Source: Pyrinomonadaceae bacterium
GTDB lineage: Bacteria; Acidobacteriota; Blastocatellia; Pyrinomonadales; Pyrinomonadaceae
Assembly (NCBI GenBank): GCA_044228265.1
Contig: JBGAVC010000011.1
Span: 816-64,815 of the forward strand
Direction of reading: 5' to 3'
DNA: 64,000 nucleotides
Position 1 is the stretch's first letter, and every line of letters begins with the position of its first letter. Position numbers and translations under genes: made by a program. Shown in pieces: positions 30,079 to 41,386 of the stretch. Below the pieces are notes generated by a model. The model was not told the origin of the DNA. It was given only the letters and a program-made list of their open reading frames with translations, and did no database searches.

Positions 30079-30626
30079 TACAATTCTGCTTTTTGAATGA
30101 TCTCCACAACACGCCAACGCTTTCTAGCCGATAGAGGACGCGTTTCAACGATCTTCACCTTGTCACCGATCTTTGACCCAAGCTCGTCATGGGCCATAAA
30201 TTTCTTACGTTTCTTGACGTACTTGCGATAGATCGGGTGTTTTACGAGCCGGTCCACGCGAACAACGACCGTTTTGGTCATCTTGTCGGACGAGACGATC
30301 CCAACCTTTTCGGCGCGTTTGTGAGCGGCCTTCTTTTCACCAGTGTCCGCCGTCTTCGCCTTCTTCTCGGCTTTTGGCGCGGCCGCCTTCCTGGCCTTCG
30401 CTGGCTTTGCCTCAGCAGCCGGAGCCTTGCTCGCTTTGGCAGGGGCAGATTCCTGGGCCGGAGCCTCCGCGGCGGCTTCCTCTACCGCTGCAGGCTCTTC
30501 AACAGCAACAGGGACGTCTTCGGACTTGGCCTCGACCGCTGCTTCCTCGGCCACTGCGGTCTCGGGGCTTTCCGTTGTCGCCTCAGCGACTGTCTCTTCG
30601 ATTTCCTCGTTTTTCTTCTTCGGCAT
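30078..30626 (-). CDS. rpsQ: 30S ribosomal protein S17 with a ~100-aa acidic-then-basic low-complexity N-terminal extension
   Basis: The S17 core [42 protein letters not shown]... occupies only the last ~80 aa. Start taken at ATG 30626 (MPKKKNEE...); a TTG at 30668 overlapping the rpmC stop is an alternative. Confidence 0.88.
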   Translation of the reverse strand: MPKKKNEEIEETVAEATTESPETAVAEEAAVEAKSEDVPVAVEEPAAVEEAAAEAPAQESAPAKASKAPAAEAKPAKARKAAAPKAEKKAKTADTGEKKAAHKRAEKVGIVSSDKMTKTVVVRVDRLVKHPIYRKYVKKRKKFMAHDELGSKIGDKVKIVETRPLSARKRWRVVEIIQKAEL

Positions 30627-30664
30627 TTCGTTCTCTTGTGATCGACGCTCTGACCCTGCGGTGC

Positions 30665-30865
30665 TCAAGCGCTCTTCTTGTTCAGAAGCGTATAAACCCT
30701 CGCCAGTGTCTTCTTCTCACGGCGGATATCCTTTACCGTTTCTCCAACACCGAGCGATTTTCGAAACTTCAGGCGAAACAGAGACTCCTTCAGAGCATCC
30801 GCCTGTTCTTTCAATTCGTCCGCGTTCATTTCGCGAAGCTGTTCGAGCTGTTCCTTGCGTTTCAT
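30665..30865 (-). CDS. rpmC: 50S ribosomal protein L29
   Basis: [37 protein letters not shown]... Confidence 0.92.
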   Translation of the reverse strand: MKRKEQLEQLREMNADELKEQADALKESLFRLKFRKSLGVGETVKDIRREKKTLARVYTLLNKKSA

Positions 30866-30868
30866 TTC

Positions 30869-31297
30869 TTAAACAATGCCTCCTTCGAGGTCGGCACGGC
30901 TCACGAACTTGGTCTTGATCGGCAGCTTTTGCGCGGCGAGCCTGAACGCTTCCTGTGCCAATTGCTGGTCGACCCCCTGGATCTCGTACAAAACTCGACC
31001 GGGCTTGACGACCGCGACCCAGTGATCCGGTGCACCCTTGCCGCTGCCCATACGTGTTTCGGCCGGTTTCTTGGTGATCGGCTTGTCGGGGAACATGCGG
31101 ATCCAGATCTTTCCGCCGCGTTTGACGTGACGCGTCATTGCAATACGGGCGGCTTCGATCTGCCGGTCGGTAATCCAGCCTGCTTCTAACGCTTTGAGGC
31201 CGAAATCACCAAAGCTGATCTGCTCGCCACGCGTGGCTTTTCCACGCATGCGGCCCTTCATGACCCTTCGGTGCTTGACCTTTTTCGGCATTAACAT
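30869..31297 (-). CDS. rplP: 50S ribosomal protein L16
   Basis: [24 protein letters not shown]... Confidence 0.96.
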   Translation of the reverse strand: MLMPKKVKHRRVMKGRMRGKATRGEQISFGDFGLKALEAGWITDRQIEAARIAMTRHVKRGGKIWIRMFPDKPITKKPAETRMGSGKGAPDHWVAVVKPGRVLYEIQGVDQQLAQEAFRLAAQKLPIKTKFVSRADLEGGIV

Positions 31298-31308
31298 AAG
31301 TTAGTCTC

Positions 31309-31416
31309 CAGTGGTCAGTGGTCAGTGGCCAGCGGCCAGTCGACTTGCGACCCTACATTTCTTAAGCTATCGATTCAATTTCTCATCTGACCACTGGCCA
31401 CCGGCCACTGACCACT
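31309..31416 (-). repeat. 108-nt intercistronic hairpin with 7-nt periodic arms (GTGGYCA/TGRCCAC family), rpsC-rplP spacer
   Basis: Left arm CAGTGGT CAGTGGT CAGTGGC CAGCGGC CAGT; right arm CTGACCA CTGGCCA CCGGCCA CTGACCA CT. The loop is ~46 nt. The right arm overlaps the rpsC stop codon (31415-17). The left arm ends 11 nt from the rplP ATG, abutting GGAG. Confidence 0.9.
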
Positions 31417-32149
31417 ATCTTCGATCGTCTCTCCTCGGGCCTCGATCATTCCTTCGTGCTCCGCGTTCGACCTTGACCTCGTTCATCGGGTCGGTCGTCG
31501 TTCCGCGCGCAATAGATGCATTAGGATCGAGTATTTCACCGCGGTAGATCCATACCTTGACGCCGATAATTCCAAAGGTCGTCAGTGCTTCGGCGAACCC
31601 GAAATCCACGTCCGCTCGCAGGGTATGGAGCGGAAGGCGGCCTTGCAGCGACCATTCGGTACGGGCGATCTCGGCCCCGTTCAGGCGGCCGGCGATCATT
31701 ACCTTGATCCCCTGGGCTCCGAATCGCTGCGATTCTTCCATCGTCTTTTTCATCGCACGGCGAAAGGCGATACGCTTTTCGAGCTGCTGAGTGATCTTTT
31801 CGGCCTGAAGCTGGGCGTTGAGTTCGGGATGGCGAATTTCCTGTATCGAGATCAGCACCTCGCGGCCCGTCTTTCTCGAAAGGTCCTCGCGGAGTTTCTC
31901 GATCTCGGAGCCCTTTCGGCCGATGATGATTCCGGGCCGGGCGGTATAAATGATGATCTTTAGCCGGGTGGCCGCACGTTCAATGTCGATGTGCGAAACG
32001 CCGCCGCCGCTGAACCGCCTTTTCAGATCACGCTTGAGCTTGAGGTCCTCGGCGAGAAACTCTGCAAACTCCTGTTTTGCGAACCAGTGCGAGTGCCAAT
32101 CTTTGTTGTATCCGACCCTAAAGCCGTATGGATGAACTTTCTGTCCCAT
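31415..32149 (-). CDS. rpsC: 30S ribosomal protein S3
   Basis: [24 protein letters not shown]... The C-terminal tail is Arg/Asp-rich. Confidence 0.96.
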   Translation of the reverse strand: MGQKVHPYGFRVGYNKDWHSHWFAKQEFAEFLAEDLKLKRDLKRRFSGGGVSHIDIERAATRLKIIIYTARPGIIIGRKGSEIEKLREDLSRKTGREVLISIQEIRHPELNAQLQAEKITQQLEKRIAFRRAMKKTMEESQRFGAQGIKVMIAGRLNGAEIARTEWSLQGRLPLHTLRADVDFGFAEALTTFGIIGVKVWIYRGEILDPNASIARGTTTDPMNEVKVERGARRNDRGPRRDDRR

Positions 32150-32151
32150 AT

Positions 32152-32838
32152 TTATTGTTTCTCGAGCTCCTCGTTCGTGTCAGCCATCTTCTCATCGGCC
32201 GGAGCTTCTGCATTCTCTTCAGCTGTCGTCTGCGACTCAGCTTCTTTTGCCGCCGCAACCTCGGCTTCGCCCTCGGCAGCCTCGACGGCCGCCACCTGTG
32301 CCGGCGTTTCCTCGACTGGCGCCGCAACCGTTTCCTCAGCGATCGGCGTCGTCTCTACCTCTTCAGATTTTGACTTCTTGGCCTCTTTCTTCGGAGCGGC
32401 AGCTTTCTTCTTTTCCTTCTTCGGAGCGTCAGCCCTTTTCGCCTTGGCAGCTTCGGCCCTAAGTTCCTTCTCGGTCTTGGCCTTTTCCTCGCTCGTCACC
32501 TGGATCGTAATGTGGCAATAGTGACGCTGCTCGCGATAGGCCCTGCCCTGCGGAGCCGGTCGCATACGCCGGCGATTCTTCGTCGGGCCCATGTCGATGT
32601 AGCACAAGTTGACCCACAGATCGTCGGGGTCGATCGCTATGTTCTGCTGCTCGGCGAGAAACGTCGCGTTCGCGATCGCCGAATTAAGACATTTTGCGAT
32701 CGGCTGAGCGGCGCGCTTGTCGGTAAACTTGAGTATCGACAAAGCCTGCGACACATTCTGCCCGCGGATCAGATCGATCACGAGCCGGGCCTTACGAGGG
32801 CTTCCCTTGAGATATTTTGTTTTTGCTATCGCTTCCAT
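32152..32838 (-). CDS. rplV: 50S ribosomal protein L22 with a ~110-aa Lys/Ala/Glu-rich C-terminal extension
   Basis: The L22 core ([26 protein letters not shown]...HITIQVT) is followed by [62 protein letters not shown]... Confidence 0.9.
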   Translation of the reverse strand: MEAIAKTKYLKGSPRKARLVIDLIRGQNVSQALSILKFTDKRAAQPIAKCLNSAIANATFLAEQQNIAIDPDDLWVNLCYIDMGPTKNRRRMRPAPQGRAYREQRHYCHITIQVTSEEKAKTEKELRAEAAKAKRADAPKKEKKKAAAPKKEAKKSKSEEVETTPIAEETVAAPVEETPAQVAAVEAAEGEAEVAAAKEAESQTTAEENAEAPADEKMADTNEELEKQ

Positions 32839-32844
32839 CTTTTT

Positions 32845-32917
32845 AATGGTGAACAGTGAAGTGTGAATGGTGAATGGTCGTTCTTCGACTTATCACTCGT
32901 CACTCATCACTTATCAC
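32845..32917 (-). repeat. intercistronic hairpin with 7-nt periodic arms (GGTGAAN / NTCACNN family), rpsS-rplV spacer
   Basis: AATGGTG AACAGTG AAGTGTG AATGGTG AATGG ... CTTATCA CTCGTCA CTCATCA CTTATCA C. The right arm overlaps the rpsS stop codon. Confidence 0.85.
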
Positions 32918-33204
32918 TTTCTTTTCGCCGCTTTCTCTGCTTTCGTCCCGGGATGCCCCTTGAACATGCGCGTCGGTGAAAATTCGCCAAGCTTGTGTCC
33001 GACCATATTTTCCGTAATAAAGACCGGAATATGGCGTTTACCGTTATGTACTCCGAATGTCAGCCCGACCATATCGGGCGAGATCGTCGAACGACGTGAC
33101 CAGGTCCTGATCGCCGGCGGTTTCGGACCTCCGTCGGAGATACGGCGCATCGTTTTCTGGATGCTCAGGTCGATGAACGGTCCTTTCTTTACTGAACGTG
33201 GCAT
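32914..33204 (-). CDS. rpsS: 30S ribosomal protein S19
   Basis: [18 protein letters not shown]...[16 protein letters not shown]. Confidence 0.96.
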   Translation of the reverse strand: MPRSVKKGPFIDLSIQKTMRRISDGGPKPPAIRTWSRRSTISPDMVGLTFGVHNGKRHIPVFITENMVGHKLGEFSPTRMFKGHPGTKAEKAAKRK

Positions 33205-33214
33205 ATCTTATCTA

Positions 33215-33281
33215 GTGGCGAATGTTGAGCGGTGAACGGTGAATTCTCTTCACCCATCACTCATCATTCACAATTCATCAC
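33215..33281 (-). repeat. intercistronic hairpin with 7-nt periodic arms (GGTGAAN / NTCACNN family), rplB-rpsS spacer
   Basis: GTGGCGA ATGTTGA GCGGTGA ACGGTGA A ... TTCACCC ATCACTC ATCATTC ACAATTC ATCAC. The right arm overlaps the rplB stop codon. Confidence 0.85.
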
Positions 33282-34108
33282 TTTCTCCTGCGGTCTTTGA
33301 CGATCATGTTCGTCGTTCGTTTGTTCCTTCGGGTCTTGTAGCCGCGCGTCGGCTGTCCCCACGGAGTCACCGGGTTACGCCCGCCGGACGTTTTGCCTTC
33401 ACCACCGCCGTGCGGGTGATCGACCGGATTCATCGCCACACCTCGGACCTTGGGACGTTTGCCCATCCAGCGCGATCGTCCGGCCTTGCCCAGACTTACG
33501 TTTTCGTGCTCGGTGTTGCCTACCTGTCCGACCGTCGCCATGCATACGACCGGCACTTTACGTACCTCGCCAGAGGGCATGCGGAGCTGGGCAAAATCGC
33601 CTTCCTTTGCGACGATCTGTGCAAATCCGCCTGCGGAACGCACCATCTGGCCGCCTTTACCGGGCCGAAGCTCGATATTGTGAACTTCCGTTCCAAGCGG
33701 GATGTTCTTGATAGGAAGCGCGTTTCCAGGCAGAATGTCCGCCTCTTCGCCGCTCAGGATCATCGTACCGACCTTCAATCCCAGCGGAGCGATGATGTAA
33801 CGCTTCTCGCCGTCGAGATACGATATGAGCGCGATGTGCGCCGAACGGTTCGGATCGTACTCGATCTGTGCGACCTTACCCGGAATCCCGGATTTATCGC
33901 GCTTAAAGTCAATGATCCTGTAATGACGTTTGTGACCCCCGCCGCGACGACGGATCGTGATACGCCCGTCGCTGTTACGCCCGGAGATCCTCTTCTTTGG
34001 CTCCAGCAGTGATTTTTCGGGTACTGCGTTCGGAGTCAACTCATCGCGCGTCAGGTACGTTTGATAACGCCTTGCCGGTGATGTCGGTTTTAATCTCTTG
34101 ATTCCCAT
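33278..34108 (-). CDS. rplB: 50S ribosomal protein L2
   Basis: 276 aa from ATG 34108: [19 protein letters not shown]... The track ORF's 22-codon extension runs through the hairpin and is rejected. Confidence 0.95.
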   Translation of the reverse strand: MGIKRLKPTSPARRYQTYLTRDELTPNAVPEKSLLEPKKRISGRNSDGRITIRRRGGGHKRHYRIIDFKRDKSGIPGKVAQIEYDPNRSAHIALISYLDGEKRYIIAPLGLKVGTMILSGEEADILPGNALPIKNIPLGTEVHNIELRPGKGGQMVRSAGGFAQIVAKEGDFAQLRMPSGEVRKVPVVCMATVGQVGNTEHENVSLGKAGRSRWMGKRPKVRGVAMNPVDHPHGGGEGKTSGGRNPVTPWGQPTRGYKTRRNKRTTNMIVKDRRRK

Positions 34109-34123
34109 ATTATTTCGATAGTG

Positions 34124-34186
34124 GATCGTTGCTCGTTGTTCGTTGCAGAGTCTCGATCGATCAACAACGATCAACGATCAACGATC
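34124..34186 (-). repeat. intercistronic hairpin with 7-nt periodic arms (GATCGTT/AACGATC family), rplW-rplB spacer
   Basis: GATCGTT GCTCGTT GTTCGTT G ... CAACAAC GATCAAC GATCAAC GATC. Confidence 0.88.
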
Positions 34187-34192
34187 GTCGAA

Positions 34193-34522
34193 CTAGATCG
34201 CTTCCGCGTAATCCACCATCGGTTCGCCCTTTCGCAGGGTTACGTAAGCTTTCTTGAATCCAGCACGGCGGCCCTCGATTCGTCCGCGTTTCTTTGCTTT
34301 TCCTTCGTAGAGAACCGTCCGCACCGCGGCGACCTTTACGTTGAAAACTTCCTCGACCGCGCCCTTGATGTCAGTTTTCGACGCCTTTTTGTCAACGCGG
34401 AACGTCAACACCTGTCCGGTCTTGCGGCCGCTGTTCTCTTCGGTCGAATCCTCCTTGAGGATCACGCTTTTTTCCGTGACGACGGGCGATTTAAGAATGT
34501 CCCAAACTCCAACCTTACTCAT
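34193..34522 (-). CDS. rplW: 50S ribosomal protein L23
   Basis: ...[13 protein letters not shown]...; the start overlaps the rplD end by 8 nt. Confidence 0.93.
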   Translation of the reverse strand: MSKVGVWDILKSPVVTEKSVILKEDSTEENSGRKTGQVLTFRVDKKASKTDIKGAVEEVFNVKVAAVRTVLYEGKAKKRGRIEGRRAGFKKAYVTLRKGEPMVDYAEAI

Positions 34523-35402
34523 TTCCCTCGCCCTCCTTTTCGGCCGCCGGAAGCTCAGAGGCTTCGCCCGCCGGCGCTTCAGCCGGTTCCGTTACATCGG
34601 ACGGCTCTGTGTCTCCCGCTGCTTCCTTCTTGGCCTGTTTCGCAGGCTTCTCTTCTTTTTCGGCCTTCGGAGCTGCTTCCTTCTTGGCTTTCGGAGCCGA
34701 TTCCTTCTTTGCTTTTGGTTCGGCCGCAGGCGCGGTCTCCGCGACGTCCGTTCCTTCGGCCTTGGGATCCAACAGGCTGGTCAGTTCTTCGACCGCTGCT
34801 TTAGAGATCACAAGCTTCTCGTGATATATGATGTCGTAAATGTTCAGGCCAAAGCTGTTGGTCACCTTGGTCTTTTGGACGTTTCGCGACGAAAGCACGA
34901 GATTCTCGTTATCGAGGCTGTCCACGATCAAGGTCTTTGCTCGCTTTGCTTTCTCGACGAGGCCGAGCGAACCGAGTGCCGATAAGAATCCCTTTGTCTT
35001 CGGATCCTTGAATGTGATCTCGTCGACCACGATCAGGTTGCCTTCGCGAAGCCGTTCGGACAGTGCTGAACGTAGTGCACCGCGGCGCATCTTCTTCGGC
35101 ATCTGGTACGACCAGTCACGCGGCTGCGGTCCGTGAACGTTACCGCCGCCTTTCCAGAGCGGCGAACGCAAACTCGCGATGCGGGCGCGACCTGTGCCTT
35201 TCTGCTTCCAAAGCTTGCGGCCGGAGCCTGAAACGTTTCCGCGAGTTTTGGTCGCGGATGTTCCCTGCCGTCCGTTTGCCTGAAAATTTCGCACGGCTGC
35301 GTGGATCAGCGACTCGTTCAGCTCGACGCCAAACACGGCGTCCGACAATGCGATGTCGCCGACTTCTTTATTCTTTAAATTGCGAACCTTTACGGTAGGC
35401 AT
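34515..35402 (-). CDS. rplD: 50S ribosomal protein L4 with a ~85-aa Lys/Glu/Ala/Pro-rich C-terminal extension
   Basis: 295 aa from ATG 35402 ([21 protein letters not shown]...). The tail reads ...[66 protein letters not shown]... Confidence 0.92.
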   Translation of the reverse strand: MPTVKVRNLKNKEVGDIALSDAVFGVELNESLIHAAVRNFQANGRQGTSATKTRGNVSGSGRKLWKQKGTGRARIASLRSPLWKGGGNVHGPQPRDWSYQMPKKMRRGALRSALSERLREGNLIVVDEITFKDPKTKGFLSALGSLGLVEKAKRAKTLIVDSLDNENLVLSSRNVQKTKVTNSFGLNIYDIIYHEKLVISKAAVEELTSLLDPKAEGTDVAETAPAAEPKAKKESAPKAKKEAAPKAEKEEKPAKQAKKEAAGDTEPSDVTEPAEAPAGEASELPAAEKEGEGNE

Positions 35403-35410
35403 AATTACCT

Positions 35411-35480
35411 CAGTGATCAGTGAGCAGTGATAAGTGAACAGTGAAGATCTCTCGTCACCCGTCACCCGTCACTCGTCACT
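35411..35480 (-). repeat. intercistronic hairpin with 7-nt periodic arms (CAGTGAN / CGTCACN family), rplC-rplD spacer
   Basis: CAGTGAT CAGTGAG CAGTGAT AAGTGAA CAGTGAA G ... CTCGTCA CCCGTCA CCCGTCA CTCGTCA CT. The right arm overlaps the rplC stop. The left arm ends 8 nt from the rplD ATG, abutting GAGG. Confidence 0.9.
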
Positions 35481-36117
35481 AGCTTTTCCTAACTACTACC
35501 AAACTTCCATTCGCTCCGGGCACCGCACCGCGGACCATAAGCAGGTTGTTATCGATGTCCACCTTCGCGATGGTCAATCCTTTGACGGTCACACGCTCGT
35601 CGCCCATATGTCCCGAAGAACGCGTTCCCTTGATCACACGCGATGGATATGCCGACTGTCCTATCGAACCTGGCCGACGGACATTCATAGAACCGTGCGA
35701 TTCGGGCCCGCGACTGAAATTGTGCCGTTTGACCGTGCCGGCAAAACCTCTTCCCTTAGAACGGCCAACGACCTCAACTCGGTCGCCGTCAGCGAAAAGA
35801 TCTACTTTTACCTGGTCGCCGATGGCAGCCTCCGGTTCCGCCGTCAGCCGGATCTCTTTTAGCACGCGGGTCGGCGGAATTCCTCCGCCGGTCTTTTCAA
35901 AATGGCCACGCAGCGGTTTCGTAACGTTTTTCGCCCGGATCGGCTTGTCCTCGACAAGTCCGAGTTGGACGGCGTTATAGCCGTCAGCCCCGGCGGCGCT
36001 TTTCGTCTGGACGACTACGCACGGACCGGCCTTGATGACGGTCACCGGTGTAACGGTCCCGTCCTCGGCAAAGATCTGCGTCATGCCAACTTTTCTACCG
36101 ATGATTCCACTGATCAT
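35479..36117 (-). CDS. rplC: 50S ribosomal protein L3
   Basis: [28 protein letters not shown]... Confidence 0.96.
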   Translation of the reverse strand: MISGIIGRKVGMTQIFAEDGTVTPVTVIKAGPCVVVQTKSAAGADGYNAVQLGLVEDKPIRAKNVTKPLRGHFEKTGGGIPPTRVLKEIRLTAEPEAAIGDQVKVDLFADGDRVEVVGRSKGRGFAGTVKRHNFSRGPESHGSMNVRRPGSIGQSAYPSRVIKGTRSSGHMGDERVTVKGLTIAKVDIDNNLLMVRGAVPGANGSLVVVRKS

Positions 36118-36125
36118 ATCTTTAA

Positions 36126-36212
36126 GTGATCGTCGTTCGTTGCCCGCTGATCGTTAGGCCTCGGCCCTGGCGTTCGACGACTCCAAGCGACGAACAACGA
36201 TCAACGATCAAC
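36126..36212 (-). repeat. intercistronic hairpin with 7-nt periodic arms (GATCGTT/AACGATC family), rpsJ-rplC spacer
   Basis: GTGATCG TCGTTCG TTGCCCG CTGATCG TT ... GCGACGA ACAACGA TCAACGA TCAAC. Confidence 0.8.
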
Positions 36213-36215
36213 TAT

Positions 36216-36536
36216 CTAGCTTTTCCCAAACGCCTTGATCTCGACATCGACGCCCGCAGGCAGGTCCAGTTTCATCAGCGCGTCGACCGTTTCGCTAGTC
36301 GGGTCGAGAATATCCATCAATCGCTTGTGCGTTCTGATCTCGAACTGCTCACGCGATTTCTTATCGACGTGAGGAGACCTGAGCACCGTCCATTTGTTCT
36401 TAATGGTCGGCAGGGGTATCGGCCCCGCGATCCTCGCTCCGGTTCTTTTCGCCGTATCCACGATCTCCTGGGTCGACTGGTCGAGAACGCGGTGATCGTA
36501 AGCCTTTAACTTGATGCGGATCTTTTCGTTTAACAT
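36216..36536 (-). CDS. rpsJ: 30S ribosomal protein S10
   Basis: [26 protein letters not shown]... Confidence 0.96.
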   Translation of the reverse strand: MLNEKIRIKLKAYDHRVLDQSTQEIVDTAKRTGARIAGPIPLPTIKNKWTVLRSPHVDKKSREQFEIRTHKRLMDILDPTSETVDALMKLDLPAGVDVEIKAFGKS

Positions 36537-36539
36537 AGA

Positions 36540-37727
<1,188 letters not shown>

Positions 37728-37752
37728 ATCTTCTCCTAAATTCTTTGATCTC

Positions 37753-37798
37753 AGATCTGCGATCGTTTCGGATCGATCGCAAATCTCAATCGCAAATT
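37753..37798 (-). repeat. intercistronic hairpin plus direct ATCGCAAAT repeats, fusA-tuf spacer
   Basis: AGATCTGCGATCG-(9 nt)-CGATCGCAAATCT (12/13 bp). ATCGCAAAT occurs at 37777-85 and 37789-97. Confidence 0.7.
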
Positions 37799-37799
37799 C

Positions 37800-39896
37800 C
37801 TAGCTGCTTGCTCCCTTTACCTTGGCAATGATCTCTTCAGCGACGTTTCTCGGCGCCTCGGCGTAGCGTTCAAAATGCATGCTCGATGTCGCCCGGCCCT
37901 GCGTCGAAGACCGAAGGTCGGTCGTGTACCCGAACATCTCCGAAAGCGGCACAAACGCTGTAACTACCGAAACGTTGCCCGGACGCGGCTCCATCTTGTC
38001 GATCTGACCGCGACGACGGTTAAGATCGCCGTTGACTGCACCCATGTATTCTTCGGGTGTAACGACCTCTACCTTCATGATCGGTTCCAGTAAGACGGGC
38101 TTTGCCTTTTTCAATGCGTCCTGGAACGCAAGGCTGCCGGCGATATGGAAAGACCGTTCGTCCGAGTCGACCTCATGGTAGGAACCGTAAACAAGGCTCG
38201 CCTTGATATCGACCAATTCATACCCGGCAAGGAAGCCACGACGCATAGCGTCCCTGATACCTTCCGAAACCGGTTTGATAAACTGACGCGGGATGACACC
38301 GCCGGTGATCTTGTCCTCGAATACGAAGCCCTCGCCCGGAGCCGGCTCGATCTCGAGCTCGACGTGGCCAAACTGCCCGCGGCCGCCCGACTGCTTCTTG
38401 AATATTTCCTTTCCGGGTGCTCCTGCAGTGATCGTTTCGCGATAAGCAACCTGCGGTTTACCGACGTTGGCCTCGACACCAAATTCCCGCTTCATGCGGT
38501 CGACGATGATCTCCAGGTGAAGCTCGCCCATGCCGGCGATGATCGTCTGGCCCGTCTCATGATCGGTCGAAACCTGAAATGAAGGGTCTTCCTGAGCAAG
38601 CCGATTGAGGGCAATTCCCATTTTGTCCTGATCGGCACGCGTCTTGGGCTCAACCGCGACACGAACGACCGGATCCGGGAACTCCATCGACTCAAGGATG
38701 ATCTGCCTGGTCTCGTCGGAGATCGTTTCTCCGGTCGTGACATTTTTCATGCCGCCGATCGCGATGATCTCACCTGCGCTTGCCGATTCGACGTCCTCGC
38801 GCTTATTCGCATGCATCAGCATAAGGCGGCCGACGCGTTCCTTGGTGTTCTTGATCGTGTTGTAAACGTAGGAACCGGAATTAACGGTGCCGGAATATAT
38901 TCGGACAAAAGCGAGCTGGCCAAGATGTTTGTCGGCCATTAATTTGAAAACCAAACCTGCAAACGGAGCCTTCGCATCTGGTTCACGAGTCTCGACCGAG
39001 TCTGTCTTCGGATTGATCCCCTCGATCGCGGGAATATCCAGCGGGCTCGGCAAATAATCAACCACTGCGTCGAGCAACGTCTGGACACCTTTGTTTTTGA
39101 ACGCCGAACCTGTAAATACAGGGACGATCTTCATTGCGAGCGTTCCGGCGCGTAGTGCGTTGCGAAGTTCCGCTTCTGAGATCTCCTCGCCTTCGAGGTA
39201 CTTCATCATCAGATCGTCATCGACCGCCGAAACGGCCTCAACCAACGTTTCGCGTGCCGTCTTAGCCGCGTCAACGAGATCAGCGGGGATGTCAAGTGTT
39301 TCGTACTTAGCTCCTTTCGCCTCGTCATTCCAGACCAGAGCTTTCATCGTGATCAAGTCGACCACGCCCTTGAACTGGTCTTCAAGCCCGATCGGGATCT
39401 GCATTGCGACAGCGTTTGCGCCCAATCGTTTCAAGATCGAGTCGAACGAGCGATCAAACGAAGCACCGGCCCGGTCAAGCTTGTTTATAAAACAAATACG
39501 GGGCACGCCGTATTTGTCAGCCTGCCGCCAAACTGTCTCTGACTGCGGTTCAACACCGGCGACGCCGTCAAAAACACAAACCGCTCCGTCCAAAACTCGA
39601 AGGGACCGCTCAACTTCCATCGTGAAGTCAACGTGTCCCGGTGTGTCGATAATGTTGATGCGATGCTCGACGCCATTGCGCGTCCAGAAGCAGGTCGTAG
39701 CGGCCGACGTGATCGTAATACCACGCTCCTGCTCCTGCTCCATCCAGTCCATCGTCGCCGTTCCTTCATGAACTTCGCCGATCTTGTGCGAAACACCTGT
39801 GTAATACAAAATGCGCTCAGTCGCCGTGGTCTTACCCGCGTCGATATGGGCCATGATGCCGATGTTTCTAAATTTGTCTAAACTGATGTTCGCCAT
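37800..39896 (-). CDS. fusA: elongation factor G
   Basis: 698 aa: ...[26 protein letters not shown]... Confidence 0.98.
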   Translation of the reverse strand: MANISLDKFRNIGIMAHIDAGKTTATERILYYTGVSHKIGEVHEGTATMDWMEQEQERGITITSAATTCFWTRNGVEHRINIIDTPGHVDFTMEVERSLRVLDGAVCVFDGVAGVEPQSETVWRQADKYGVPRICFINKLDRAGASFDRSFDSILKRLGANAVAMQIPIGLEDQFKGVVDLITMKALVWNDEAKGAKYETLDIPADLVDAAKTARETLVEAVSAVDDDLMMKYLEGEEISEAELRNALRAGTLAMKIVPVFTGSAFKNKGVQTLLDAVVDYLPSPLDIPAIEGINPKTDSVETREPDAKAPFAGLVFKLMADKHLGQLAFVRIYSGTVNSGSYVYNTIKNTKERVGRLMLMHANKREDVESASAGEIIAIGGMKNVTTGETISDETRQIILESMEFPDPVVRVAVEPKTRADQDKMGIALNRLAQEDPSFQVSTDHETGQTIIAGMGELHLEIIVDRMKREFGVEANVGKPQVAYRETITAGAPGKEIFKKQSGGRGQFGHVELEIEPAPGEGFVFEDKITGGVIPRQFIKPVSEGIRDAMRRGFLAGYELVDIKASLVYGSYHEVDSDERSFHIAGSLAFQDALKKAKPVLLEPIMKVEVVTPEEYMGAVNGDLNRRRGQIDKMEPRPGNVSVVTAFVPLSEMFGYTTDLRSSTQGRATSSMHFERYAEAPRNVAEEIIAKVKGASS

Positions 39897-39939
39897 AACA
39901 AAAAATAGGACCTACGAGTCTCATAGGACCTATCTGCCA

Positions 39940-40410
39940 TTAAAATCTATAATGTGCGAACGCCTTGTTCGCTTCCGCCATGCGGTGGACGTCGTCCTTT
40001 TTCTTCATCGCTCCGCCGCGGCCATTTGTCGAATCGAGCAACTCGCCTACCAAGCGGTCTTCCATCGTCTTTTCGCTGCGGTTACGAGCGTTCAATACGA
40101 TCCAGCGAATTGCAAGCGTATTGCGGCGGTCGCGGCTCACCTCGAGCGGGACCTGATAAGTGGCACCACCGATACGGCGAGACTTGACCTCCAGCGCAGG
40201 AGCTACTGCATCAAGAGCTTTCTTGAAGACCTTGAGCGGCTCCTCGCCGGTCTTTTCACCGATCCGCTCCATCGCGGCGTAGAAGATCTGTTCAGCGACG
40301 CTCTTCTTGCCTTCCCACATCAGGCCGTTGATGAACTTGGTCACGGCGATACTGTTATAGATCGGATCCGGCAATACTTCTCTTTTTCCTGCAACTCTTC
40401 GTCTTGGCAT
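39940..40410 (-). CDS. rpsG: 30S ribosomal protein S7
   Basis: [20 protein letters not shown]... Confidence 0.96.
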   Translation of the reverse strand: MPRRRVAGKREVLPDPIYNSIAVTKFINGLMWEGKKSVAEQIFYAAMERIGEKTGEEPLKVFKKALDAVAPALEVKSRRIGGATYQVPLEVSRDRRNTLAIRWIVLNARNRSEKTMEDRLVGELLDSTNGRGGAMKKKDDVHRMAEANKAFAHYRF

Positions 40411-40428
40411 AAATCTATTGATTCATCG

Positions 40429-40479
40429 GGTTATTTGTTCATTTTTTCATTCGTGAACGACACAATGAACAAATGAACC
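40429..40479 (-). repeat. intercistronic hairpin with ~7-nt periodic arms (TGTTCAT/ATGAACA family), rpsL-rpsG spacer
   Basis: GGTTATTTGTTCATT ... AATGAACAAATGAACC (one bulge), with an inner TTCA-TTCG-TGAA. Confidence 0.8.
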
Positions 40480-40490
40480 AACGGTTAAAT

Positions 40491-40871
40491 CTATTTCGCT
40501 CCCTTCGGCCTCTTAGCTCCGTACTTCGACCTCGCCTGATTGCGGTTCGCGACGCCGGAAGCATCCAGGGTTCCGCGGATGACGTGATAACGCACACCCG
40601 GAAGATCCTTGACGCGACCGCCGCGAATGAGCACTATCGAGTGCTCCTGCAAGTTATGGCCGATGCCCGGGATATAGGTCGTGACCTCGATCTGGTTCGT
40701 CAGACGCACGCGGGCGACCTTGCGAAGTGCCGAATTCGGCTTTTTCGGAGTCGATGTGTAAACACGCGTGCAAACGCCGCGCTTCTGCGGGTTTGACTGC
40801 AACGCCGGGCTCGCGGTCTTGTATTTGACCCTCTGACGACCTTTGCGTACTAACTGGTTAATTGTCGGCAT
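40491..40871 (-). CDS. rpsL: 30S ribosomal protein S12
   Basis: [25 protein letters not shown]... Confidence 0.97.
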   Translation of the reverse strand: MPTINQLVRKGRQRVKYKTASPALQSNPQKRGVCTRVYTSTPKKPNSALRKVARVRLTNQIEVTTYIPGIGHNLQEHSIVLIRGGRVKDLPGVRYHVIRGTLDASGVANRNQARSKYGAKRPKGAK

Positions 40872-41386
40872 ATTTGGATCGCCGGCACCCCGCCGGCATC
40901 TTTAACCTATTTCCACCTAACCGGTGGCCTCTCAAATGGCAAAACTAACGCCTTACCTGACTCTTGCTCGGAACTTGTCCGGCAGTTAGCTCAAGCAGCT
41001 CTCGCTGAATGAATTGCTAGATTTTGTTTCAGCCCTAACCTGAAGTCGAGGCTTAATTAAAGAATCGAGACTTTGCTGTAGCGTGGCAAACGGGGTACGG
41101 ACATGAAAGTCCGCATCTTGTTAAGCCGGCCGATCGGTAGGCCCGAACGCCATTTACGCAACAATTCCTTCCTTCGATTCTCAAAAATCCTGTCTTTTCA
41201 ACCGTTCGGCCACAAAGACGGTTCAGACCGCAAAGCCCGAAACTTTAGATATTATGAATTTGAGGCGAGGGTGTCAAGCCGTGCGTGGCAATTTCACCCG
41301 TGTTGCGTCATGTGGTCATAACGTGGTGCATTTGCCTGAACCGGCTATTTTTGATTAACTCTTTGATTTGCTTCTGGTACTTATTT

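Noticed and set aside
30627-30668. TTG start for rpsQ overlapping the rpmC stop
   Set aside because: It is possible but less likely than the ATG at 30626. Either choice leaves the ~100-aa extension intact.
35403-35465. N-terminal ORF extensions through hairpins. This one is rplD; the same applies to rplB 34109-34174, rplF 27754-27792, rplO 25932-26015, rpsO 16554-16643, rplE 29134-29148, the PEP-CTERM gene 13533-13682 and the PEGA gene 12772-12816.
   Set aside because: The extensions translate repeat or hairpin DNA (e.g. [14 protein letters not shown]). The conserved protein N-termini begin at internal ATGs with plausible SDs, and several track starts are TTG or GTG.
41095-41125. GAAAGTCCG string reminiscent of the RNase P RNA P4 region in the rpsL upstream spacer
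   Set aside because: No other conserved RNase P (or tmRNA, SRP or 6S) blocks were found in the 515-nt region. It is an isolated 9-mer.
40872-41386. Promoter assignment for the str operon (several weak TTGnnn/TAnnnT pairs; hairpins GCCGGC-ACCCC-GCCGGC and CCACC-TAACC-GGTGG in the rpsL leader)
   Set aside because: No -35/-10 pair with good spacing and sequence could be singled out by eye, so it is not reported as a feature.
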